A stretch of DNA of 64,000 nucleotides, taken from positions 279,707 through 343,706 of the forward strand of contig CAWKPB010000001.1 of NCBI GenBank assembly GCA_963851405.1, written 5' to 3'. The stretch comes from an uncultured Actinomycetota bacterium (GTDB lineage: Bacteria > Actinomycetota > Actinomycetes > DATJPE01). Made by a program: the position numbers and the translations under genes. The notes under the pieces are model-generated. The model was not told where the DNA came from. It saw only the letters and a program-made list of their open reading frames with translations, and did no database searches. Shown one piece after another: positions 53,042 to 61,890 of the stretch (positions are counted from its first letter, which is position 1; each line of letters opens with the position of its first letter).

Positions 53042-53656
53042 TCAGCCGTCGACGAGGGAGTGGTAGTCAGCCGCGGTGGCCGGACGATCCAGCAACCGAC
53101 CGTCCGGAAGCGGTACGGCCAGCGGCGCCCCCTGGGGGTCTGTGAACAGGACGGCCTCGGCCCCGGCCGCGGTCAGGCTGAGGACGACCTGACCCAGCAG
53201 CAGGACTTGCTCATTCGCGGGCAGCGAAGCAAACGCGTCCGTCACAGCCACCGTGACGACGCCGGCCGGCGGCGATGCTCCCGCGTCCGGTCCGGCCGCG
53301 AGGACGAGCGTGCCGCCAGCCGGGTCCGCGACCAAGGAACGCATGCCGACGCCGCCCTCGCGAGGTGGGCCGCCGGCCAGCTGATCGAGCAAACTCTGAA
53401 CCCCCACGACCGAAGCCGCCGTGGGTACCGACACAAGCTGATCGTCCACCACGAAGTAGAGGTCGACGCCCGTGACTGGCGAGTCGTCCGGGGAGGGCTC
53501 CGGTCGGACGACTACCGCACCCGGCAGAGGTGCGGCTGTGTCCTGGGTGCGCACCCCGCAACCGACCAACAGAACTGACACACCCACGACCAGCACCAGT
53601 ACCGCGGTGACCGGGGATCGCCAACGGCCGCTGGTGTCCTCGTGGTTACTCCACAC
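53042..53656 (-). CDS. Short GerMN-domain lipoprotein (mini LpqB-like) downstream of the two-component system
   Basis: GTG 53656 precedes a signal peptide with an LVGC lipobox and overlaps the histidine kinase stop by 11 nt. It is about 205 aa. Confidence 0.55.
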   Translation of the reverse strand: MWSNHEDTSGRWRSPVTAVLVLVVGVSVLLVGCGVRTQDTAAPLPGAVVVRPEPSPDDSPVTGVDLYFVVDDQLVSVPTAASVVGVQSLLDQLAGGPPREGGVGMRSLVADPAGGTLVLAAGPDAGASPPAGVVTVAVTDAFASLPANEQVLLLGQVVLSLTAAGAEAVLFTDPQGAPLAVPLPDGRLLDRPATAADYHSLVDG

Positions 53657-55019
53657 GTTCGGCTCCACCCTGCGTGGCGAGAGGAGGGGTCGCCGGAAGC
53701 TCGAGGGTGAAACGTGCCCCACCCAAGGGCGAGTCGGCGACGAATACCTGGCCACCTATGGCCTCTGCCTGCTCCTGCGCGATCGCCAGCCCCAACCCAG
53801 CACCAGCGATTCCCGCGCTCCTTGACCTCGAACCTCGGGCGAACGGCTCAAAGAGGCGTTCCAACTCAGCATCCTCGACGCCGGGGCCGGCATCGTCGAC
53901 ATGAACCAGGACCGTGTCGTCGGTTCGCTGCACCACCACTTCGCCAACGCCCCCACCGTGCCTTTCGGCGTTTTCGACCAAGTTCACGAGCACGCGCTCC
54001 ACGCGTCGCCCGTCAGTGCGGACGACCGCCGGGTCGGCGCTCAGCAACGTGAAGGACAGGCCAGCTGCACCAAGGACCGAGCGGACGAGTTGGGCTACAT
54101 CGGTGACTTCGGCCTGGACCGGCACGGTGGCATTCACATTTCCGATCTCGAGCAGATCCAAGAGCGTGCTGGAGAGCCTTCGGGACTGGCCCGCTAGCCG
54201 TTCCACCAGTTGCGCATCCACCGGATCCATCCGGTCCTGATGGGACTCCAGGAGCTCCGCGGTCCCGACCACGGTGGTGAGCGGCGATCGCAACTCGTGG
54301 CTCACATTGGCCGCGAATCGGCGCTCCCGGTCGATGCGTGAGCGAACGGCTTCGGTCATCTGGTTGAACGCGGCCCGGATCGGGTCGAGATCCGGGTCGC
54401 CCGTTTCTGGCAGGCGCACGTCGAGATCACCATCGGCAACCTGCCGGGCACCCTGACCCAAGGACTCAACCGGTCTCATCAGCCGCGCGCCGGCCCAACG
54501 CCCCAGCACGATGCCCGCTAGGAAAGCCAAAGCGGCCAGGACTGCGATGCTCCAACCGGCGAGGCCGAGGGCTCGGTCGAGATCCTTCAAGGGGAACAAC
54601 TCGAGGTAGTAGCCGTCATCGATGGCGAAGGCCACCCCGATGTAGGGGTCACTGCCGACCCGAAAGGTCTGTTGCGCACCTCCCGATGCGACGGCTTGCT
54701 CCACCAGGGTGACGGGAATGTCGCTCGGGGACACCGAAACCCCGGCCGTATACCACGTTTCGTTGACCCGGACGAGGGCCTGTGACGAGCCCACCACGGG
54801 GACCGCGGACAACGCCTCGCCTGGAGTTTTCCCCGCGCTCAGAGCCCCGTCTACGGCCCTCCCATCAAGAAGTGCACGGGTCAGCGCCGCGCCTTCTCGT
54901 TGCGAGACGAGATACTCCCGGGCGACCAAATAGGTACTCAGCGACACCAAGAGTGCGACCAGCAAGCTCAGCACCCCGAAGGACAGTGACACCCGCGATC
55001 GCAGTCCCACGCGATTCAT
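53646..55019 (-). CDS. Sensor histidine kinase (MtrB-like)
   Basis: Two transmembrane helices, a HAMP domain, HisKA (SHELRSP) and a HATPase_c domain are present in 457 aa. Confidence 0.8.
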   Translation of the reverse strand: MNRVGLRSRVSLSFGVLSLLVALLVSLSTYLVAREYLVSQREGAALTRALLDGRAVDGALSAGKTPGEALSAVPVVGSSQALVRVNETWYTAGVSVSPSDIPVTLVEQAVASGGAQQTFRVGSDPYIGVAFAIDDGYYLELFPLKDLDRALGLAGWSIAVLAALAFLAGIVLGRWAGARLMRPVESLGQGARQVADGDLDVRLPETGDPDLDPIRAAFNQMTEAVRSRIDRERRFAANVSHELRSPLTTVVGTAELLESHQDRMDPVDAQLVERLAGQSRRLSSTLLDLLEIGNVNATVPVQAEVTDVAQLVRSVLGAAGLSFTLLSADPAVVRTDGRRVERVLVNLVENAERHGGGVGEVVVQRTDDTVLVHVDDAGPGVEDAELERLFEPFARGSRSRSAGIAGAGLGLAIAQEQAEAIGGQVFVADSPLGGARFTLELPATPPLATQGGAERVE

Positions 55020-55024
55020 GGTGC

Positions 55025-55690
55025 CTAGGCCTTCAAGCGGTAGCCGAAACCGCGGACGGTGACCAGGTGGGCCGGCTGCGCCGGGTCATCCTCGATTTTG
55101 CTCCGAAGTCGGTAGATCAGATTGTCGACCACACGCCCGTCGCCGGGGTGTCGGTAGCCCCAGACGTTCCGGAGCAGTTCGTCGCGGCTCAGGACGCGTT
55201 CCTCGGCTTCCATCAGTTCTTCGAGGAGCTTGAACTCGGTCCGGGACAGGGCGACCGCCTGTCCCGCGACGAGGACTTCAGCCGTGGCGGCGCGGAGCTC
55301 ATACGGTCCACAAGACAGTGGCCCGGCCTTGGTCGAGTCATCGGAACTTCGGCGGATCTGGGTCCGGATGCGGGCCAGCAGCTCTTTGGTGACGAACGGT
55401 TTCGTCACATAGTCGTCCGCGCCGGCCTCGAGACCGGCGACCACATCATGGCTGTCCACCTGTGCGGTCACGACGATGATGGGCACTCTGCTGGTCGCCC
55501 GCAGGCTCCTGACCACGTCGAGGCCGTGAATACCAGGCAGCCGGAGATCGACCAGTACGACGTCAGCCGCCTCATCCTGCGTGAGTGTCAGCGCCTGCTC
55601 GCCGGTCTCGCACTCGAGAACCTGATATCCCTCTTCCTCCAGGGCGGTCCGAAGGACGAGGCGGATGCCTTCGTCGTCTTCGATGATCAT
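55025..55690 (-). CDS. OmpR-family response regulator (MtrA-like)
   Basis: A receiver domain (MIIEDDEG...VDLRLP) and a winged-helix C-terminus are present. Likely start is ATG 55690; the longest ORF reaches 55786. Confidence 0.8.
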   Translation of the reverse strand: MIIEDDEGIRLVLRTALEEEGYQVLECETGEQALTLTQDEAADVVLVDLRLPGIHGLDVVRSLRATSRVPIIVVTAQVDSHDVVAGLEAGADDYVTKPFVTKELLARIRTQIRRSSDDSTKAGPLSCGPYELRAATAEVLVAGQAVALSRTEFKLLEELMEAEERVLSRDELLRNVWGYRHPGDGRVVDNLIYRLRSKIEDDPAQPAHLVTVRGFGYRLKA

Positions 55691-55827
55691 CACGGACTTG
55701 GTCACGGGACCATTCAACCCCGGGAGTGGCCCGCCGCCTGCATCCAGCCCTCCCCCGGAGCCGGAGTCGCGACACAAATGCGACATGCGGCCACGACGCC
55801 TCCACCTGACACCCTGGGCGTCGTGGA

Positions 55828-56136
55828 TCAGGGTTCGGGAACCTCGAGGTCCGCCTGCGCGAGTTCCTCGACGTTCACGTCCTTGAACGTGACCACTTTG
55901 ACGTTCTTGACGAACCTCGCGGGGCGATACATGTCCCAGACCCAGGCATCGCTCATGGTGACTTCGAAGTAGACCTCACCCTCAGCGCTGCGCACCTGTA
56001 GATCGACATGGTTGGTCAGATAAAAGCGTCGATCGGTTTCCACCACGTAACTGAACAGGCTGACAACGTCTCGGTACTCCTTGTAGAGGTGCAACTCCAT
56101 CTCAGCTTCGTACTTCTCGAGATCCTCGGCGCTCAT
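55828..56136 (-). CDS. DUF2469 family protein (Rv2901c-like)
   Basis: It is 102 aa and sits in the conserved position upstream of rnhB. Confidence 0.65.
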   Translation of the reverse strand: MSAEDLEKYEAEMELHLYKEYRDVVSLFSYVVETDRRFYLTNHVDLQVRSAEGEVYFEVTMSDAWVWDMYRPARFVKNVKVVTFKDVNVEELAQADLEVPEP

Positions 56137-56139
56137 GGA

Positions 56140-56844
56140 TCACCCCACCTCCGAGAGAATCGGATCAGCCGTCGATTCATCGTCCAACAGATGCCAACTG
56201 CGTCGATGGTGGATGCATGGGCCGTGGGTACGCAAGGCGACCCGATGCTCGGGGGTGGCGTAGCCCTTGTTGACGCTCCACCCATACTCCGGGAACTCTC
56301 GCGCCAAATCGATCATGAGGTGGTCCCGTTCGGTCTTGGCCAGGATGCTGGCCGCCGCGACCCCCGCGCACGTGAGGTCCGCCTTGACCCTCGTTGTTAC
56401 CGGCAGTGCCATGGGAGCACCGGCCAAGTCCGCGTCGAACAAGGTGGGGGGACCGGCGGTCAACCAGTCGTAGGACCCGTCCAGCAACACGGCGTCTGGC
56501 GGACTGGTCAACGCCGCCAGTGCCCGCTCACCCGCTAGTCGCAGTGCCCGCAGGATGCCCGAGGCATCGATCTCATCAGCCGAAGCATGTCCAACGGCGT
56601 AGTCGGTCGCCCATCGACGGACTCGAGGTGCTAATCGGTCCCTCGTGTGCGCGGCCAGCAGCTTCGAGTCCTTCAAGCCTCGCGGCGCGGTCTTGTTGTC
56701 CAGGTCCACCACGACGACTCCAACCGAAACCGGGCCGGCCAAGGCCCCACGACCCACCTCGTCCATCGAAGCGAGGCGACGAAGCCCACTGCGCAGCATC
56801 GAGCGCTCCATCCGAAGCGTGGGAACGGTGTTTCGAGTGACCAT
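56140..56844 (-). CDS. rnhB: Ribonuclease HII
   Basis: The DEVGRG catalytic motif ([13 protein letters not shown]) is present in 234 aa. Confidence 0.85.
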   Translation of the reverse strand: MVTRNTVPTLRMERSMLRSGLRRLASMDEVGRGALAGPVSVGVVVVDLDNKTAPRGLKDSKLLAAHTRDRLAPRVRRWATDYAVGHASADEIDASGILRALRLAGERALAALTSPPDAVLLDGSYDWLTAGPPTLFDADLAGAPMALPVTTRVKADLTCAGVAAASILAKTERDHLMIDLAREFPEYGWSVNKGYATPEHRVALRTHGPCIHHRRSWHLLDDESTADPILSEVG

Positions 56845-57365
56845 CAGCTGATCTCGTACGGCTCAGAGGCGGCGCCGTGATCGAGGACCTTGGCCAAGTC
56901 AGTCGACAGGGCGCAAGGAAACACCTGCTGTTCGGTGCGCGCCAACTCCTCCACGCTCCACCACGCGTGACTCAGGATGGACGAGGCTTCAATGGGCATA
57001 AGCCCCGTCGTATCAACGACCAAGTCGTCGATGCGCACCAGATAAAACCGCTCGGTCTGGCGATACCACTGGGCTGCGAAAAAGAACTCCGCACGCCGCC
57101 ACCACACCGGGCCGCCGAGGAGCGTCCCGTCGATGACGCATCCGGTCTCCTCGAAGACCTCTCTGGTTAAGGCGGCCGTGTCGTCCTCACCAGCCTCCAG
57201 CCCACCCCCGGGCGTGAACCACCAGCGGCCGCGCTCGGGCTGATGCGGATCGAAGCCCTCGAAGAGCAGCACCCGGTCGCGCGGGTCCACGAGCAGCGCT
57301 CGTGCGGCTTGCCGTTCGAGGATGGGCACGCCAGCCGGAGGGCGGGCATCCAAAGCGGTCACCAC
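56844..57365 (-). CDS. NUDIX hydrolase
   Basis: The Nudix box reads [23 protein letters not shown]. Confidence 0.75.
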   Translation of the reverse strand: MVTALDARPPAGVPILERQAARALLVDPRDRVLLFEGFDPHQPERGRWWFTPGGGLEAGEDDTAALTREVFEETGCVIDGTLLGGPVWWRRAEFFFAAQWYRQTERFYLVRIDDLVVDTTGLMPIEASSILSHAWWSVEELARTEQQVFPCALSTDLAKVLDHGAASEPYEIS

Positions 57366-57392
57366 GCCACCCTAGACAGAGCCGAGGCGGGG

Positions 57393-58223
57393 CTACCGAC
57401 TAGCGGCGGGCGAGCCAGCCGATTCCTCCGGAGCCGCGCCAGGCGGGATGTCCTCGAAGGTCGGGGGAACCGGCAACAGCCGCCAGTGGTCTGCCGGCCA
57501 GACGACCGCGACGGCCCGGCCGATCACGTTATCGACGGGCACCATCCCGCCCCCGGGACGCTGTTCCTCGTGGTACCTGGAGTCTTGGCTGTTTGAGCGG
57601 TTGTCGCCCATGACCCAGACGTCCCCGTCCGGAACGACAATGTCGAACGGCGTCTGGCTCGGGGCATCGCCTGCGTCGAGGTAGCTGGACTCGTCCAGGG
57701 CGACCCCATTGACGGTGATCCGGCCCTGGTCGTCGCAACAAACCACGCGGTCACCTCCGACGCCGATCACCCGCTTGACCAGGTCATCACCGGTATCGGA
57801 GGGCAGCAGGCCGATGAAGGTCATCGCCGAAACCACCGTCTTGCGCAAGCCGGTCGACGTCGTCGTCGGCGGGTCGAGCCAGTCCCCAGGGTCCCTGAAG
57901 ACCACCACCTCGCCGCGGTCGACCCCACCCAGATCGGTACTCAGCTTGCTCACGACGATGCGATCGTCCTTGAGGAGGGCCGGGACCATCGACTCGCTCG
58001 GGACGAAGAACGCCTGAACGATGAAGGTCCTGAGCACCACGGCAAGTCCGAGCGCGAGGACCAACAAGATGGTCGTCTCGCGCACGCCGGCCCAGAACCT
58101 GCCGGAGGAAGTCGTCGGAGGCGAGCCGGGGAAGTCGGATCCGGACACTGAGGATCCGGACACTGAAGATCCGGACGTTGGCGTGGTGGGTGCGCCCTCG
58201 GGTCGAGCGGCGTGCTTGCCCAT
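57393..58223 (-). CDS. lepB: Signal peptidase I (first of two tandem paralogues)
   Basis: SPase I boxes are present (SESMVP, KRVIGVGGD, GDNRSNSQDSR) in 276 aa. The N-terminal cytoplasmic region carries SVSGS repeats. Confidence 0.85.
   Translation of the reverse strand: MGKHAARPEGAPTTPTSGSSVSGSSVSGSDFPGSPPTTSSGRFWAGVRETTILLVLALGLAVVLRTFIVQAFFVPSESMVPALLKDDRIVVSKLSTDLGGVDRGEVVVFRDPGDWLDPPTTTSTGLRKTVVSAMTFIGLLPSDTGDDLVKRVIGVGGDRVVCCDDQGRITVNGVALDESSYLDAGDAPSQTPFDIVVPDGDVWVMGDNRSNSQDSRYHEEQRPGGGMVPVDNVIGRAVAVVWPADHWRLLPVPPTFEDIPPGAAPEESAGSPAASR
58138..58179. repeat. 15-nt tandem repeat (about 2.8 copies of gatccggacactgaN) encoding SVSGS-SVSGS in the LepB N-terminus
   Basis: The repeat is read directly from the sequence. 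Confidence 0.7.
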
Positions 58224-58951
58224 CAGCGGGATTCCGTCGAGGCCGCGGGCGCGGGCACCCCGTCAAATGCATCCGGTGCGGCGAGCCGGCCGATGCGGGC
58301 CAACGGCCAGGTCAGCAGGAAAGCACGACCGACCACGCGGTCTTCTGACACGGTTCCGCCGCCGGGATCGCCGAGATGGGAACGGCTGTCCGCCGAAGCA
58401 GCGCGATGGTCACCCATGACCCAGATCCTGCCCTGCGGCACTATCACGTCGAAGCTGATGTCGGAGGGGCTGTCGCCCGAACGGACGTACGCCTCATCGA
58501 GGGCCTGGCCATTCACGCTCACCCGACCTTGTTCATCGCAACAGCTCACCCGGTCCCCACCCACCCCGATGACCCGCTTGATGAAATCGGTTTCGCGGGC
58601 CGGACCAAGGCCCAGCACCGAAGTCACGGGCGCCAGCGCGCGGGTCACTGAGTTGCCGGACGAACTGGCATCGATCTCCGGGCTGAAAGAATCCGTACCG
58701 TCGAACACCACGATGTCTCCGCGTTCGATCGTGCCGAGACGAGGAGTGATCCGTTCGACCAAAACCCGGTCGCCGATCTGCAGCGTGTCTTCCATCGACG
58801 CGGAGGGGATAGAAAAGGATCGCGCGACGAACGCGGTCACGAACCACACTGCAAGGAACGCAACGACGGCCAGAATCATCGCTTCCTGCCACCACGGGCG
58901 GTGGCCGCGCAGCGCATTCGCAGGCTCATCGACCTCGCTGGATCCGGTCAC
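58223..58951 (-). CDS. lepB: Signal peptidase I (second tandem paralogue)
   Basis: SPase I boxes are present (SASMEDTL, KRVIGVGGD, GDHRAASADSR) in 242 aa. There is a 1-nt overlap with the downstream paralogue. Confidence 0.85.
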   Translation of the reverse strand: MTGSSEVDEPANALRGHRPWWQEAMILAVVAFLAVWFVTAFVARSFSIPSASMEDTLQIGDRVLVERITPRLGTIERGDIVVFDGTDSFSPEIDASSSGNSVTRALAPVTSVLGLGPARETDFIKRVIGVGGDRVSCCDEQGRVSVNGQALDEAYVRSGDSPSDISFDVIVPQGRIWVMGDHRAASADSRSHLGDPGGGTVSEDRVVGRAFLLTWPLARIGRLAAPDAFDGVPAPAASTESR

Positions 58952-59004
58952 CGGGCGAGTCGAGGACGTTCGAGGGTTCTGGGGCTGGGTTGGAGCGGCG
59001 GCGG

Positions 59005-59358
59005 TCAGTGGGCCGGCTCGCGCTTCTCCTTGATCTTGGCCTTCTTGCCCCGCAGGTCGCGCAGGTAGTAAAGCTTGGCCCGGCGGACGTCACCGCGCGT
59101 CACGACCTCGATCTTCTCGATGACCGGGGTGTGTACGGGGAACGTGCGCTCGACGCCGACGGAGTAGGACACCTTGCGCACGGTAAACGTCTCGCGCAGC
59201 CCATCTCCTTGACGTCGGATGACGACGCCTTGGAAGACCTGGACCCGTGACTTGTTTCCTTCGATCACGCGCACGTGGACCTTCAGGGTGTCACCGGGAC
59301 GGAAGTCCGGGATGTCGGTGCGCATGGAGGCGACGTCGACGAAATCCAAGGTATTCAT
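59005..59358 (-). CDS. rplS: 50S ribosomal protein L19
   Basis: ATG 59358 ([29 protein letters not shown]...) gives 117 aa; the longest ORF reaches 59391. Confidence 0.9.
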   Translation of the reverse strand: MNTLDFVDVASMRTDIPDFRPGDTLKVHVRVIEGNKSRVQVFQGVVIRRQGDGLRETFTVRKVSYSVGVERTFPVHTPVIEKIEVVTRGDVRRAKLYYLRDLRGKKAKIKEKREPAH

Positions 59359-59495
59359 GAAATCTCCTCGTCGGTGCCACAGGTCACCCACGGTGATCGT
59401 TGCTGGTCAGAAGTGCCGACGCGATCGCCGTACGCTCCCCCTGCGGCAGGGGCACGGTCGGCCGACGGATTGATCCGGCGACGCCGGACCTCGGC

Positions 59496-60296
59496 CTAGT
59501 CTGCCACAGCGGGCGGCCTCCACCGAATCCTGCCGGCGTCATCGGGAAGCCAACCCAACTCGGCCAAGACCTCACGATCGCGCAGTGAGAGATCGGTCGC
59601 GTCGAGGGCCTCGATGAGGTCTGGGCGCAGCCTCGCCGTCCGCCGCAACGCGTGCTCGCGACGCCAAGCTGCGATCCGGGCGTGATCCCCCGACATCAAG
59701 ACGGGCGGCACATCGAGGCCCCGCCAGGTCGCTGGCTTGGTGTAGGCGGGGTATTCCAATAAGCCCCCCACGTGGCTTTCCTCGACGAGCGAATCGGGAT
59801 TGCCCAACACACCCGGGAGGAGGCGGGTCACAGCCTCGATCATGACCAGGGCGGCTGCCTCGCCGCCGGCGAGAACGTAGTCCCCCACGCTGAGTTCGCG
59901 CACCCGCCCTCGCACTCTGAGGTGCTCGGCCACTCGGGCATCGATGCCTTCGTAGCGGCCGCAGCCAAAGACCAGGTGCTGTTCGGCCGCCAGTTCGGCG
60001 GCGACGGCTTGATCGAAACGTTCGCCGGATGGAGTAGGCAGGATGAAGACTGGGGCAGGCGCTGGTGCCTGACCGAGAAGAGCGTCGAGCGCCGCACCCC
60101 AGGGCTGCGGGCTCATGACCATGCCAGCGCCGCCGCCGTACGGCGTGTCATCGACGCTTCGGTGACGATCTCGGGTGTGCAACCGCAGGTCGTGGACGGC
60201 GACCTCGAGCTGTCCCAGGTCACGTGCGCGCCCGATGAGGGAGAGTTCAAGAGGAGCGAGATACTCGGGGAAAATCGTCAGCACATCGATACGCAT
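59496..60296 (-). CDS. trmD: tRNA (guanine37-N1)-methyltransferase
   Basis: It is 266 aa with SPOUT-fold TrmD motifs. Confidence 0.9.
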   Translation of the reverse strand: MRIDVLTIFPEYLAPLELSLIGRARDLGQLEVAVHDLRLHTRDRHRSVDDTPYGGGAGMVMSPQPWGAALDALLGQAPAPAPVFILPTPSGERFDQAVAAELAAEQHLVFGCGRYEGIDARVAEHLRVRGRVRELSVGDYVLAGGEAAALVMIEAVTRLLPGVLGNPDSLVEESHVGGLLEYPAYTKPATWRGLDVPPVLMSGDHARIAAWRREHALRRTARLRPDLIEALDATDLSLRDREVLAELGWLPDDAGRIRWRPPAVAD

Positions 60297-60298
60297 GC

Positions 60299-60814
60299 TT
60301 ACTCCTGGTCGAACAGGCCGCCCGGAGGCAACAGCCGGAGGCGTTGGTTGCCGATGTCCACCTCGGTCACCACCGCAGCGACGAAGGGAACGAGAACCTC
60401 AGCTCCGGAGGGCGTTTCGACCGCCAACAGGTCGTGCATGGGCAGGTGAACCACCTCCGTGACCAGTCCAAGGGTCACGCCGGTGTCGTCGACGGCCGTC
60501 AAGCCGACCAACTGATGGTCGTACCACTCATCCGCGTCGCCCGGGCTGGCCTCGCTGTCGACGTCGACGAGCAATTCGGTGCCCCGCAGCGCCTCCGCTG
60601 AGGAACGGTCTTCCACCGACTCGAAGCCCAGAAGCAGGCGGCCGCTGTGCATCCGGGCTTCGACCACCGTGAGCTGCGGCCCGCGGTCGGTGTGAAGCAC
60701 GGCACCGACCGCGAATCGTTGCTCCGGCTCGTCCGTACGCACGTCGACAGACACCAGCCCGTGGATGCCATGAGCGCGTCCCACGCGCCCGACTACCACG
60801 CGCCGAAGCGCCAA
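60299..60814 (-). CDS. rimM: Ribosome maturation factor RimM
   Basis: It is 171 aa with an N-terminal RimM domain and a PRC-barrel C-terminus. Confidence 0.85.
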   Translation of the reverse strand: MALRRVVVGRVGRAHGIHGLVSVDVRTDEPEQRFAVGAVLHTDRGPQLTVVEARMHSGRLLLGFESVEDRSSAEALRGTELLVDVDSEASPGDADEWYDHQLVGLTAVDDTGVTLGLVTEVVHLPMHDLLAVETPSGAEVLVPFVAAVVTEVDIGNQRLRLLPPGGLFDQE

Positions 60815-61054
60815 CTACCGCTCGTCCGCGTCGAGGAAGTCCACGCGCACCGGACGCCCGGGGGTGACTGCGCCAAGAACCGCCCGCAGCGCCTTGGCCG
60901 TACGCCCGGACCGACCGATGACCTTGCCCATGTCGTCAGGGTGGACGCGGACCTGCAGCACCCGACCGCGCCGCAGTTCGCGATCACGGACATCGACGTC
61001 GTCTGGGTGTTCGACGATTCCCTTGACCAAATGCTCGAGCGCCTCAGCCAGCAT
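60815..61054 (-). CDS. KH-domain RNA-binding protein (Rv2908c-like)
   Basis: It is 79 aa with the KH core GKVIGRSGRTAKALRAVL. It lies between rimM and rpsP as in other actinobacteria. Confidence 0.8.
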   Translation of the reverse strand: MLAEALEHLVKGIVEHPDDVDVRDRELRRGRVLQVRVHPDDMGKVIGRSGRTAKALRAVLGAVTPGRPVRVDFLDADER

Positions 61055-61710
61055 CAGGACTTCTCGGCCTCGGTCGCGTCGGTCGCTTCTCCTTCGACGA
61101 CCTCGATGACCTCAACCGCATCAGTGACATCGCCCTGGGCGTCAACGACGACCTCTACGACGTCTTCGACGATCACCTCGGCGTCCTTGGTCTCGATCAC
61201 CTCGACGACCTCATCCACGATCACGGCCCCGCCATCCGGTGTCTCGGCAACCTCAACGACCTCGATCACGTCGACGACCTCAGCGGACTCGGCCGAGGCG
61301 TCGGTCTTGGCGGCCTTGGCCGGCTTCGAGGCCTTCTTCTTCGGAGTGGTCGCGGCGCCCTGCTCCTCGAGAGACTCCTTGGCGGCGGCTTCGAACATGG
61401 CCTTCTTGTTGGCCCTGGGTTCGGCGACGCGAAGCGTGCCTTCGGCGCCGGGCTCGCCCCGGAACTTCTGCCAGTCGCCGGTGACGCGAAGGATGGCTGC
61501 GACCGGTTCGGTCGGCTGAGCGCCGACACCCAACCAGTACTGCGCGCGATCGGAGTCCACGACGATGAGCGACGGGTCCTCCTTGGGGTGGTAGGTCCCG
61601 ATCTCCTCGATCACCCGTCCATCGCGCTTGGCGCGGGCGTCGGCCACGATGATCCGGTACTGCGGGTCGCGCTTCTTGCCTAGGCGCTTGAGTTTGATCT
61701 TGACAGCCAC
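61054..61710 (-). CDS. rpsP: 30S ribosomal protein S16 with a long acidic C-terminal extension
   Basis: GTG 61710 ([20 protein letters not shown]...) is proposed. The core of about 110 aa is followed by about 100 aa of V/E/D/A-rich quasi-repeats. Confidence 0.85.
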   Translation of the reverse strand: MAVKIKLKRLGKKRDPQYRIIVADARAKRDGRVIEEIGTYHPKEDPSLIVVDSDRAQYWLGVGAQPTEPVAAILRVTGDWQKFRGEPGAEGTLRVAEPRANKKAMFEAAAKESLEEQGAATTPKKKASKPAKAAKTDASAESAEVVDVIEVVEVAETPDGGAVIVDEVVEVIETKDAEVIVEDVVEVVVDAQGDVTDAVEVIEVVEGEATDATEAEKS

Positions 61711-61890
61711 GGGTGAAACCGCTCCTTGCTCGATGGGGGCGGAAGACGACACGGCGCGTGGGGTTGCGCGATGCGGACCTTCCAGGGTGGACCTGACACG
61801 AGGCGGGTAGAGGGCCGCGTCGCGCCAGTTCGACGGGCCTAGTGTGCCAGAGCGAGTGGCCCTAGACGAAACCGAGTCTTCCTACGGCGG

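Noticed and set aside
53646-55690. Calling the two-component pair the true mtrA/mtrB orthologues
   Set aside because: The architecture and lipoprotein partner fit MtrAB, but the genomic context and the truncated LpqB-like protein differ from the canonical locus. Orthology cannot be decided from sequence inspection alone, so only MtrAB-like is claimed.
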